Positions 1-6,175 are shown, counted from the stretch's first letter. The stretch is 11,878 nucleotides of DNA from Candidatus Hadarchaeota archaeon (GCA_040755315.1 JBFMBF010000030.1:1-11878); one strand, 5' to 3'. Numbers and translations are program-made. The notes: generated by a model not told the origin, from the sequence alone.

Positions 1-83
1 TAGCCCTTTCTGCCACGTCCCTTGCGTTCCTGAACCATCGTCTTGTTCACTGCTATCCTTGCCAGTTCCACTGGGTCTATCAC
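1..83 (-). CDS. Partial ORF running off the left edge; possible IS transposase N-terminus
   Basis: GTG at 83 reads MIDPVELARIAVNKTMVQERKGRGRKG(Y/stop). A basic GRGRKG(Y) motif is reminiscent of the GRP-x-Y motif near the N-terminus of IS5/IS1182-like transposases. Only 27 full codons are visible. Confidence 0.3.
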   Translation of the reverse strand, partial: MIDPVELARIAVNKTMVQERKGRGRKG

Positions 84-243
84 GAACCATCTAGGGCGTC
101 AGGGAGAAAGAATTATGCACCCCCCTAGATAACATTGATGTGGCGCTCCCCCTCATTTCACTCCCGTATTAACGTCAAGAAACTTACAAATAAACGTTTT
201 CGATTTCAGACCCGCAGTTCACTGCCATTATTTTCTGCTTTGC

Positions 244-2991
244 TCACTGACTTTGTTTCTGTTGTTTTTCACACAACTCAATCGCTTTTTTCAGCGCCGC
301 GATTATAAAATCCTTCTTCGGCCCGCCACCCTGCCCCATCCTGGGCTTGCCGCCTCCCCCCCCGCCGAGCACGCGGGAGGCCTCAGCAGCCATGGCTCCG
401 CAGTCCGCTCCGGCCGCCACGGCTTCGTCCCCAGCCATCACCACCACCCGAGCCACGCCATTGTGGGAGCCCAGGATCACCACCAGCCGCCTGTCCCCCC
501 TGACCAGAGAGTTTCCAGTTTCTATCAGCTCTTCAGCGCTCGCCCCCTCAACTTCCTCAGCTATGACCTTGAAATTCCCGACGGCCCGGGCCTTCGAGCG
601 CAGCTCGGCGAGCCTCAGCTCTGCCAGCCTGCGGCCGAGCCTCTCCACCTCCTTCTGCGCCGCCCTTCTCTCGTCGAACAGCTGCTGCACGGCCGAGACA
701 ACTTTTTCCGGAGTTGTCCTCAATATCCCGGACGCCGCGACAAGCTGGCGCTCCTGCGCCTGCGCAAACTTCAGGGCGGCCTTTCCCACGGCAAACTCCA
801 ACCGCTCTATCCCGTCCTGAATCCTCTCCGTGCGGACAACCTTTATGAAACCCACTTCTCCAGTCCTCGTGTAGTGTGTCCCAGCGCAGGCCTGGGTGTT
901 CCACCCTTCGATGTCAACCACCCTCACCAGCTTCCCCGGGACGACGCCGCCCTGATAGAGGTCAAACCCGTGCTCCCCCTCCGCCTCGTTCCTGTCCATC
1001 CAGACGGCATTCACGGGCCTGTTCTCCACAACTACTTCGTTTGCCAGCCGCTCTATCCTCACAAGCTCTTCCGGGCTGATGCGTCTGAAGTGGGAGATGT
1101 CGATGCGGCTCCTGTCCACGCCCTTCTGGACCCCCTGCTGCCAAACATGGTTGCCGAGCACCCGCCTCATGGCACCGAGGAGGACGTGTGTGCCTGTGTG
1201 GTGGGCCATCAGGGAGCTCCGACGTTCCCAGTCTAACTTCATCCTGACCTTCTGCCCCGGGTTGAACCTGGCCCGACCGACCCTGTGCAGGACGATGTCC
1301 CCCACCTTCACGACATCTTTAACCATAGTCTTAGCTCCCTTGGCCAGTATCTCGCCGACATCGCTCGGTTGCCCCCCGCCCTCTGGGTAAAATATCGTCC
1401 TGTCAAGCACCAAGTATTCCCCGACCATCCTCACAACTTTCGCTTCAGACTCCTGCTGGTACGGGTCGCTGTAGTAAATGAGCTTCGTGCGCGGCAGGCC
1501 TTCCAGGTCAGTTGTTGGGACCGGCGACGTGACAGATGGGACATGCCTGGGCCTGCTGTGCGACTGCGCCACCTTGATGTAAAAATCATCTGGCACTGCC
1601 ACTTTCACCCCGGACTTTTCAGCCGCCTCCTTCGCCAGTTCCGGCGGAAGCCCGTGGCTCTCCCATAGCTGGAGCAGCCGTGATTCCGACATAGGCTCCC
1701 GCCTCGAGAGCAGCTCGCCAGCCATCCTTTCAACAAGCCTCTTTCCCCTGTCTATCGCTTCCCTGTACCTTCGCTCTTCCAGCTCCAACACTTGGAGGAC
1801 ATAGTCCGACTTCTCCTGCAACTCCGGGAACTGCTTGTGCAGGATATCCAGGTTCAGCTTCATGATTTCTGAAATGGGAACCTGAATCTTCAACTCCCGC
1901 ATGAACCTTAGGGCCCTCCTGAGGACGAGCCTCGCCAGGTAGCCCTCCTTGACGTTGCTCGGTGTTATGCCGTCCGCCAGCATGAAGGCCAGGCATCTGA
2001 GGTGGTCAGCCACGGCATAAATGGCCTCGACGGGCGAGAGCAGCCTTTCAAGCTCTTCGACGCTGGTCCCAGTTCTCTCCGCGACTTTTGACCTGAGGGC
2101 GCGAATGTCCCGCCCCCCCGCTATGTCTATTATCCCTGCCAGCTTGGAGTTCTCACGAAGGATATCGTCAGGAGGCATCTGGATTCCGGAAAGATTCCTG
2201 AGCCTGTCTATCACCGGGCCGAAGATAGGCTCGTAGCTTGTGGGAGTCCCCTGCGAGAGCCAGGTCAGGCGCTCCATCCCGTAGCCTGTGTCTACTATCT
2301 CCAGCGGCAGCGGCTCGTACTTCCCCTTCTCCCCAGCATAGTGCATGAACACGAGCGTAGCGACCTCGAGTCCTCGCACATTGACCTCAAAGTCCTCTCC
2401 AGCGTTGCCTCCTCCCTCCCACATGTCTTGGACATAGGTGATCTCCCGCGGCCTTATGCCAATCTGCCTAGTGAGGAATTTGTGGCAAAGCTCCACCGTC
2501 CGATCATTCCAGTAAACTTTCTTTCTGGACGAGTTGAACGCGTGGTGGCCCCCCATGAAGAACAGCGTGAAGTGACGGCCCGAGCGACCCACGTTGTCGA
2601 CATCGTTCAGACGGATGCTTGGCTGACTCACCACGAGGGGGTTTGCTGGGGGCGGGGCCTGCCCGCTGGTCACCCAGGGCTGGAAGTCGGCGATGGACGC
2701 TATCGTGAGAAAGATGTCGTCCCTCCAGCGGGCGGCCACGGGATACCTCTTTATGGTTTCGTGGCCTTGGCGCTTGAAGAACTTGAGAAATGCGGCTTCG
2801 GTTTCCGCGAGCGAGAGCTTCTTTCTCGTGGGCGGGTTGCCGATGAACGTGTACTCCACGCAGGGGGTGTCGCCGCAGAGCTCCCTGGCGGGGTCGAGCG
2901 TCCAGAACACCCTCCCGCAGCTCTTGCACTTCTTCTGCTCAAAGCCCTCCCGCTTGAACAACTCCACTTGATAGATGTCTTTCACGTTCAC
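244..2991 (-). CDS. alaS: Alanine--tRNA ligase, archaeal type
   Basis: 915 aa. Archaeal N-terminal Cys cluster (CKSC...CGDTPC), FLTIASIADFQP, QPSIRLNDVDNVGRSGRH, VDTGYGMERL, editing-domain motifs HHTGTH and CAGTH, and a C-terminal GGGGGGKP DHHA1-like tail. Confidence 0.98.
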   Translation of the reverse strand: MNVKDIYQVELFKREGFEQKKCKSCGRVFWTLDPARELCGDTPCVEYTFIGNPPTRKKLSLAETEAAFLKFFKRQGHETIKRYPVAARWRDDIFLTIASIADFQPWVTSGQAPPPANPLVVSQPSIRLNDVDNVGRSGRHFTLFFMGGHHAFNSSRKKVYWNDRTVELCHKFLTRQIGIRPREITYVQDMWEGGGNAGEDFEVNVRGLEVATLVFMHYAGEKGKYEPLPLEIVDTGYGMERLTWLSQGTPTSYEPIFGPVIDRLRNLSGIQMPPDDILRENSKLAGIIDIAGGRDIRALRSKVAERTGTSVEELERLLSPVEAIYAVADHLRCLAFMLADGITPSNVKEGYLARLVLRRALRFMRELKIQVPISEIMKLNLDILHKQFPELQEKSDYVLQVLELEERRYREAIDRGKRLVERMAGELLSRREPMSESRLLQLWESHGLPPELAKEAAEKSGVKVAVPDDFYIKVAQSHSRPRHVPSVTSPVPTTDLEGLPRTKLIYYSDPYQQESEAKVVRMVGEYLVLDRTIFYPEGGGQPSDVGEILAKGAKTMVKDVVKVGDIVLHRVGRARFNPGQKVRMKLDWERRSSLMAHHTGTHVLLGAMRRVLGNHVWQQGVQKGVDRSRIDISHFRRISPEELVRIERLANEVVVENRPVNAVWMDRNEAEGEHGFDLYQGGVVPGKLVRVVDIEGWNTQACAGTHYTRTGEVGFIKVVRTERIQDGIERLEFAVGKAALKFAQAQERQLVAASGILRTTPEKVVSAVQQLFDERRAAQKEVERLGRRLAELRLAELRSKARAVGNFKVIAEEVEGASAEELIETGNSLVRGDRRLVVILGSHNGVARVVVMAGDEAVAAGADCGAMAAEASRVLGGGGGGKPRMGQGGGPKKDFIIAALKKAIELCEKQQKQSQ

Positions 2992-3015
2992 GCCAAGTGA
3001 ATATCTTGACCAAAG

Positions 3016-3021
3016 TTAAAA
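3016..3021 (-). promoter_or_regulatory. Putative TATA box of alaS
   Basis: TTTTAA on the minus strand begins 30 nt upstream of the GTG at 2991. No RBS is visible, which is consistent with a leaderless or near-leaderless mRNA. Confidence 0.5.
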
Positions 3022-3140
3022 GGTTGAGTCAGCGAGAGGTTTGTCGGCATCAGGGCCATTTTACACGGATTTCCCGCCGTTGGCCGGTCTACCAGCATTT
3101 TTTTAAGCGGCCGTTTTCACCTTATAAAGGAGGTGCCAAA

Positions 3141-3383
3141 ATGGTAGGAAGTTCGCCGAGGGAAATTATGGGTCTTGGATTCACCATAGCGGGCGCTGTA
3201 TTGATTGTCTTAGGGCTCCTGACGTTGGGCCTGTCCATCTTGTCGTCCGCTACTGGAACAACAATCCAACTGGGAATGGAAGTGTCAGTGTTGGCGTCGG
3301 TGGTTATGATTGCTATCGGCTTGATTTTCAGTTGGGTGAGTTTTTACTACCTCAAAACCCCAGAAGGCAAACGCAAGCGCTGA
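3141..3383 (+). CDS. Small hypothetical membrane protein, 80 aa, two predicted TM helices
   Basis: Strong RBS GGAGGTG at 3129-3135 before ATG 3141 and TTTTAA at 3101-3106. Two long hydrophobic segments followed by a basic tail (KTPEGKRKR). Confidence 0.8.
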   Translation: MVGSSPREIMGLGFTIAGAVLIVLGLLTLGLSILSSATGTTIQLGMEVSVLASVVMIAIGLIFSWVSFYYLKTPEGKRKR

Positions 3384-3493
3384 AGCAGTGTTGTAAAATC
3401 CACACCAGCAAACTGGCAAGCGAGGGAAACCTTAGCACTGGTTTTGGCCAGCCCTAGGCAGTTTAAGCCATCTCAGAATTCCGTGTTTTTAAT

Positions 3494-3799
3494 CTACCCG
3501 AACAGCGCGCCCAGTCCGGCCAAGGCTTCCTCTTCCTTTTTCTCTTCCTCGACCTTCTTCTCTTCCTTCTTTTCCTCTGGTTTGGCCGGCGCCGCTGCGG
3601 CCGCTGGTGCCGCCGCCACAGGGATTGCTGCCCCCTTGATCGCCTCATCTATGTTGACTCCCTCGAGGGCCGCGACCAAGGCCTTTACTCTGGCCTCGTC
3701 TACCTGGGCTCCCGCTGCGGCGAGGACCTTCTTCACGTTATCCTCGTTCACAGGCTGCTTCACGCTGTGGAGCAGGATTGCTGCGTGTACGTATTCCAC
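3494..3799 (-). CDS. rpl12: 50S ribosomal stalk protein L12 (aP1)
   Basis: True start is GTG 3799 ([12 protein letters not shown]...), giving 101 aa. It has [19 protein letters not shown], an Ala-rich hinge, a Glu/Lys tract and the C-terminal GLGALFG signature. Confidence 0.97.
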   Translation of the reverse strand: MEYVHAAILLHSVKQPVNEDNVKKVLAAAGAQVDEARVKALVAALEGVNIDEAIKGAAIPVAAAPAAAAAPAKPEEKKEEKKVEEEKKEEEALAGLGALFG

Positions 3800-3830
3800 T
3801 TCAATCCCCTTGGTGATTGCACATACCCCA

Positions 3831-3837
3831 ATATAAA
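3831..3837 (-). promoter_or_regulatory. Putative TATA box of rpl12
   Basis: TTTATAT on the minus strand, 32-38 nt upstream of the GTG, with a purine-rich upstream segment and a GGGGA RBS-like motif in the short leader. Confidence 0.6.
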
Positions 3838-3869
3838 CCATTTCCAACGGGGGGCCAAGGCATTTTTGC

Positions 3870-3893
3870 CACAAAACAGTTGGCGAGCGCCAA
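3870..3893 (-). terminator. Hairpin plus U-rich tract, possible 3' end signal of the upstream ncRNA
   Basis: Inverted repeat TTGGCG-AG-CGCCAA (3880-3893), followed on the minus strand by CTGTTTTG. Confidence 0.35.
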
Positions 3894-3899
3894 GTTCCG

Positions 3900-4019
3900 T
3901 AATACCAGGCGGCGCAACCACACCGACTGCGATGGAGGTGACACATCTTCGGCTGAAAAGCTACATCGCCTCAGCTCTCAACTCTCGTCATCGTCTCGGC
4001 CACGCCGCCCGGTATTAGC
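3900..4019 (-). ncRNA. Candidate structured ncRNA with variant box C/D motifs
   Basis: 20-bp terminal stem (4017-3998 with 3919-3900) that pairs fully only on the minus strand (4 G-U pairs). Inside: AUGACGA, 10 nt, CUGA, GG, CGAUGU, 10 nt, CCGA. TTATAATA at 4051-4044 sits about 25-32 nt upstream. Confidence 0.55.
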
Positions 4020-4043
4020 GTGATTCCGGGATTTCTCCCAAAA

Positions 4044-4064
4044 TATTATAACGCCGTTATATTC
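4044..4064. promoter_or_regulatory. Back-to-back TATA elements within the palindrome TATAACG-C-CGTTATA
   Basis: Perfect 7-1-7 inverted repeat at 4047-4061. It yields TTATAATA on the minus strand (toward the ncRNA) and TTATAT on the plus strand (toward endA). Confidence 0.5.
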
Positions 4065-4139
4065 TTAAAGCTATCGGAGAGGCCCCGATTTCAGGTGCGC
4101 TGCCTTTTTAACTCTAGGACCGAGATGGTGGGGGACGGC

Positions 4140-4676
4140 ATGGAGTCCGAAATCCCTGTTGAGGCACGCCTGCACAAGGGCAGGGTGATGGTCTGGGAAG
4201 AGGCGCTTGCGAACCAGCTCTACCAGAGGGGCTCTTACGGGAAGCCCCTGACAGGGGGAAAGCTGCAGCTTGCGCCCGTGGAGTCGCTTTATCTTCTGGA
4301 CAGCGGGAAAATCTGGGTCGTCGATGAGGAGGGGAAAAAGCTCAGCTTCAGGGAACTGTTCTCCAAATTCGCCGAGAAGGATGCAGAGATTGCTTTGAAG
4401 TACCCTGTCTACAACGACCTCAGGTCACGAGGTTATATCGTCAAGACAGGGCTGAAGTTCGGCTCGCATTTTCGCGTCTACGAGCGTGGGGACAAGCCGG
4501 GTGAAGCCCACTCCAAATTCCTCGTCCACTCGGTCCCAGAGGGAATCAGGCTGACACCGGCGGAGCTCGCGCGCGCGGTTAGGCTGGCACATAGCGTCAG
4601 GAAGAAGATATTGTGGGCGATAGTTGACGACGAGGGCGACGTCACATACTACTCGTTGGCCCGCGAGCGGCCGTAG
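4140..4676 (+). CDS. endA: tRNA-splicing endonuclease, single-unit (alpha4-size)
   Basis: 178 aa from ATG 4140, with RBS-like GGTGGGGG upstream (alternative ATG 4125). Motifs VYNDLRSRGYIVKTGLKFGSHFRVY, HSKFLV, VRLAHSVRKK and IVDDEGDVTYY. The Tyr-His-Lys catalytic triad is present. Confidence 0.96.
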   Translation: MESEIPVEARLHKGRVMVWEEALANQLYQRGSYGKPLTGGKLQLAPVESLYLLDSGKIWVVDEEGKKLSFRELFSKFAEKDAEIALKYPVYNDLRSRGYIVKTGLKFGSHFRVYERGDKPGEAHSKFLVHSVPEGIRLTPAELARAVRLAHSVRKKILWAIVDDEGDVTYYSLARERP

Positions 4677-4677
4677 G

Positions 4678-5796
4678 TCAATCCTTGAGCATGAACTTCT
4701 CGACGACATCTTTCGCCTTTTCCCTTTTTTCCTGGTGCTGGATTAGGAATCTTGCGACCTTGTCGGCCAAGATTTTCTTGCACTCTCCACATATCAGTTC
4801 CCCCGCCCTGCAGGCCCGGCCCATTTCTTTGACCTTCTTGTCGTCCTCCTCAAAGATGAAGTCGAAGTACTGGTAGACCGAGCAGACCTCCGGGACCCCG
4901 CCCTTTTCCTTGTGCTCCTTGACGGTTCCGCCGCCGCCCGTGAAGGCGTTCATCACCTTCCTTCTCGCGACCTCCGGCGAGTCTGTGGTGAATATGGCGG
5001 TTTCGGGCTCACTCGCGCTCATCTTGCCGCCCTTGCCCAGCCCGGGGATGAATTTGCAGTGCAGTTGAGCCGGCTTGTAGAAACCAAGCTTTGGCGCGAC
5101 ATCCCTGCTTGGCCTCCAGTAAGGGTCCTGATCAATCGCGGCGGGGATGAGGCAAGGGGTGTTTTTCCCTTTCAGCACAGAAGGGAAGAAGCACGGGGCC
5201 GCCTGGATGGCCGGGAAGAAGATTGTGCCTATGTTGCTATCATTGGTGAACCCGAAGACTGCCTTCGCCGTCGAGAAAGTGATGTGCTTGGCCACTTGGA
5301 CGCCCATCTTGTATAGGGTCTTGCCATAATCGATGTCGGAAAAGATGAAAGTCTTCTTGGGGTCAAAGCCGCAGGCAATCACGTCTAGAGCATTCTCGTA
5401 GGAGAATCCCATTGACTCCTCTAGGCTGAGTTCTCTTTTGAACAGGAACTTCTCGTCGTCGGTCATCTGGAAGTAGAGCTCAGCGTCGAAGGCATCTTGA
5501 AGGTATTTCGTGAATATCCACGGGATCAGGTGGCCGATATGGGTGTTGCCTGAGGGGCCCCTGCCGGTGTAGAGATAAAACTTTTCCCCCTTCTCGTGCA
5601 TGTCCAAAATCCAGTCCATGTCCCTGTGAGAGAAGAAGATCTTCCTCCGGAGATACATGTGGAGCTCGCCAGCGCGCCTTTCCAGCCTCCTCAGTAGCGC
5701 TTGGTCCAACAGCTTTGTCCCGAACTGCTTCACGAGCTTGTCATAGTCCACCTCGCCCTTCACTTCCCAGGGGGTGACGACGAACTTCTTAGGCAT
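4678..5796 (-). CDS. trpS: Tryptophan--tRNA ligase
   Basis: 372 aa. VTPWEV start, YTGRGPSGNTHIGH (HIGH), AIDQDPYWR and KMSAS (KMSKS-like). Archaeal/eukaryote-type TrpRS. Confidence 0.97.
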   Translation of the reverse strand: MPKKFVVTPWEVKGEVDYDKLVKQFGTKLLDQALLRRLERRAGELHMYLRRKIFFSHRDMDWILDMHEKGEKFYLYTGRGPSGNTHIGHLIPWIFTKYLQDAFDAELYFQMTDDEKFLFKRELSLEESMGFSYENALDVIACGFDPKKTFIFSDIDYGKTLYKMGVQVAKHITFSTAKAVFGFTNDSNIGTIFFPAIQAAPCFFPSVLKGKNTPCLIPAAIDQDPYWRPSRDVAPKLGFYKPAQLHCKFIPGLGKGGKMSASEPETAIFTTDSPEVARRKVMNAFTGGGGTVKEHKEKGGVPEVCSVYQYFDFIFEEDDKKVKEMGRACRAGELICGECKKILADKVARFLIQHQEKREKAKDVVEKFMLKD

Positions 5797-5811
5797 TCTA
5801 ACGACTCCATA

Positions 5812-5835
5812 AACAATTGATTGTTGTGTTAAAAA
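5812..5835 (-). promoter_or_regulatory. trpS promoter: TATA (5835-5829) plus palindrome AACAAT-TG-ATTGTT (5812-5825)
   Basis: TTTTTAA on the minus strand, 33-39 nt upstream of ATG 5796. A perfect 6-2-6 inverted repeat lies between the TATA and the expected start site. Confidence 0.5.
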
Positions 5836-5866
5836 GATGTTAACTCGACGCGGCAGCGCGGCTAAC

Positions 5867-5873
5867 TTTATAT
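5867..5873 (+). promoter_or_regulatory. TATA box of the box C/D sRNA
   Basis: TTTATAT begins 27 nt upstream of the first base of the sRNA terminal stem (G5894). Confidence 0.65.
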
Positions 5874-5893
5874 CTGCAAAAGAGTGAATTTTC

Positions 5894-5954
5894 GTGCGCG
5901 ATGATGAGCTTGGCTTCCCTGATCAATGATGAAGATTTTGAGTTCGGAGCGCGC
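5894..5954 (+). ncRNA. Box C/D 2'-O-methylation guide sRNA
   Basis: Stem GUGCGC (5894-5899), G, C box AUGAUGA (5901-5907), 11-nt guide, D' CUGA (5919-5922), UCA, C' AUGAUGA (5926-5932), 12-nt guide, D variant CGGA (5945-5948), stem GCGCGC (5949-5954). Spacing and K-turn geometry are canonical; upstream TATA and downstream T-run are present. Confidence 0.88.
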
Positions 5955-5966
5955 TTGGGCAAATGA

Positions 5967-5980
5967 TTTCATTTTTTGTT
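5967..5980 (+). terminator. Oligo-T terminator downstream of the C/D sRNA
   Basis: TTTCATTTTTTGTT starts 13 nt after the sRNA stem. Confidence 0.5.
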
Positions 5981-6000
5981 GCTGCATGTTATTGTGATGA

Positions 6001-6016
6001 CTGCACGGCCGTGCAC
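6001..6016. repeat. Palindromic repeat copy 1 (CTGCACGGCCGTGCAC, 15/16)
   Basis: Direct reading; consensus GTGCACGGCCGTGCAC. Confidence 0.95.
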
Positions 6017-6092
6017 ATGGAACCTTTTCAATAGATAATTCGATCTGGTACGAGTTGACGGCTGACCGTTGAGTTATGGTGATGAACTTCGA

Positions 6093-6108
6093 GTGCACGG
6101 CCGTGCAC
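6093..6108. repeat. Palindromic repeat copy 2 (16/16; extends to an 18-bp palindrome at 6092-6109)
   Basis: AGTGCACGGCCGTGCACT read directly. Confidence 0.95.
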
Positions 6109-6125
6109 TGCCGCGTTTTTCTCCC

Positions 6126-6132
6126 TTATAAA
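6126..6132 (+). promoter_or_regulatory. Putative TATA box of the Cas2-like ORF
   Basis: TTATAAA between repeat copies 2 and 3; RBS-like GGAGGGT at 6153-6159. Confidence 0.55.
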
Positions 6133-6159
6133 CCACGTTCACCTAAAGGCGCGGAGGGT

Positions 6160-6175
6160 ATTCACGGCCGTGCAC
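6160..6175. repeat. Palindromic repeat copy 3 (ATTCACGGCCGTGCAC, 14/16), contains the GTG start codon
   Basis: Direct reading; GTG 6170-6172 lies in the right arm. Confidence 0.9.

Noticed and set aside
685..695. Partial palindrome CTGCACGGCCG inside alaS
   Set aside because: Only one arm, in GC-rich coding sequence; compatible with chance.
253..3000. Long alternative-frame and antisense ORFs over alaS (similar ones lie over trpS, atpA, atpB and atpI)
   Set aside because: Expected shadow ORFs of GC-rich coding DNA, with no independent signals or motifs.
3384..3493. Small hairpins between the membrane gene and rpl12 (e.g. GAGG-GAAA-CCTT)
   Set aside because: Stems are only 4-5 bp with no promoter or recognisable RNA motif; at most termination-related.
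3530..3620. Low-complexity TTC/GCC runs
   Set aside because: These encode the normal Ala hinge and Glu/Lys tail of L12.
3915..4002. Canonical bulge-helix-bulge EndA site in the ncRNA
   Set aside because: CCGA/UCGG can form a 4-bp helix, but I could not arrange two 3-nt bulges around it. A relaxed motif is not excluded.
3900..4019. 5S rRNA or tRNA gene
   Set aside because: The size and GGCGGC/GCCGCC ends resemble 5S, but the conserved CGAAC and GAAGUUAAG motifs are missing. There is no T-loop GUUCRAAUC for a tRNA.
3800..4139. N-terminal extensions of rpl12 (from 3946) and endA (from 4020), and short ORFs 3767-4018 and 3817-4023
   Set aside because: They run through promoters and the structured RNA. 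Homology-consistent starts are 3799 and 4140.
4450..4485. Loss of the EndA catalytic Tyr (KFG instead of KYG)
   Set aside because: The catalytic Tyr is the one in FRVY, which is intact, as are the His and Lys.
5868..6098. 76-aa minus-strand ORF
   Set aside because: It is antisense to the C/D sRNA, starts inside a repeat, and has no RBS or recognisable protein features.
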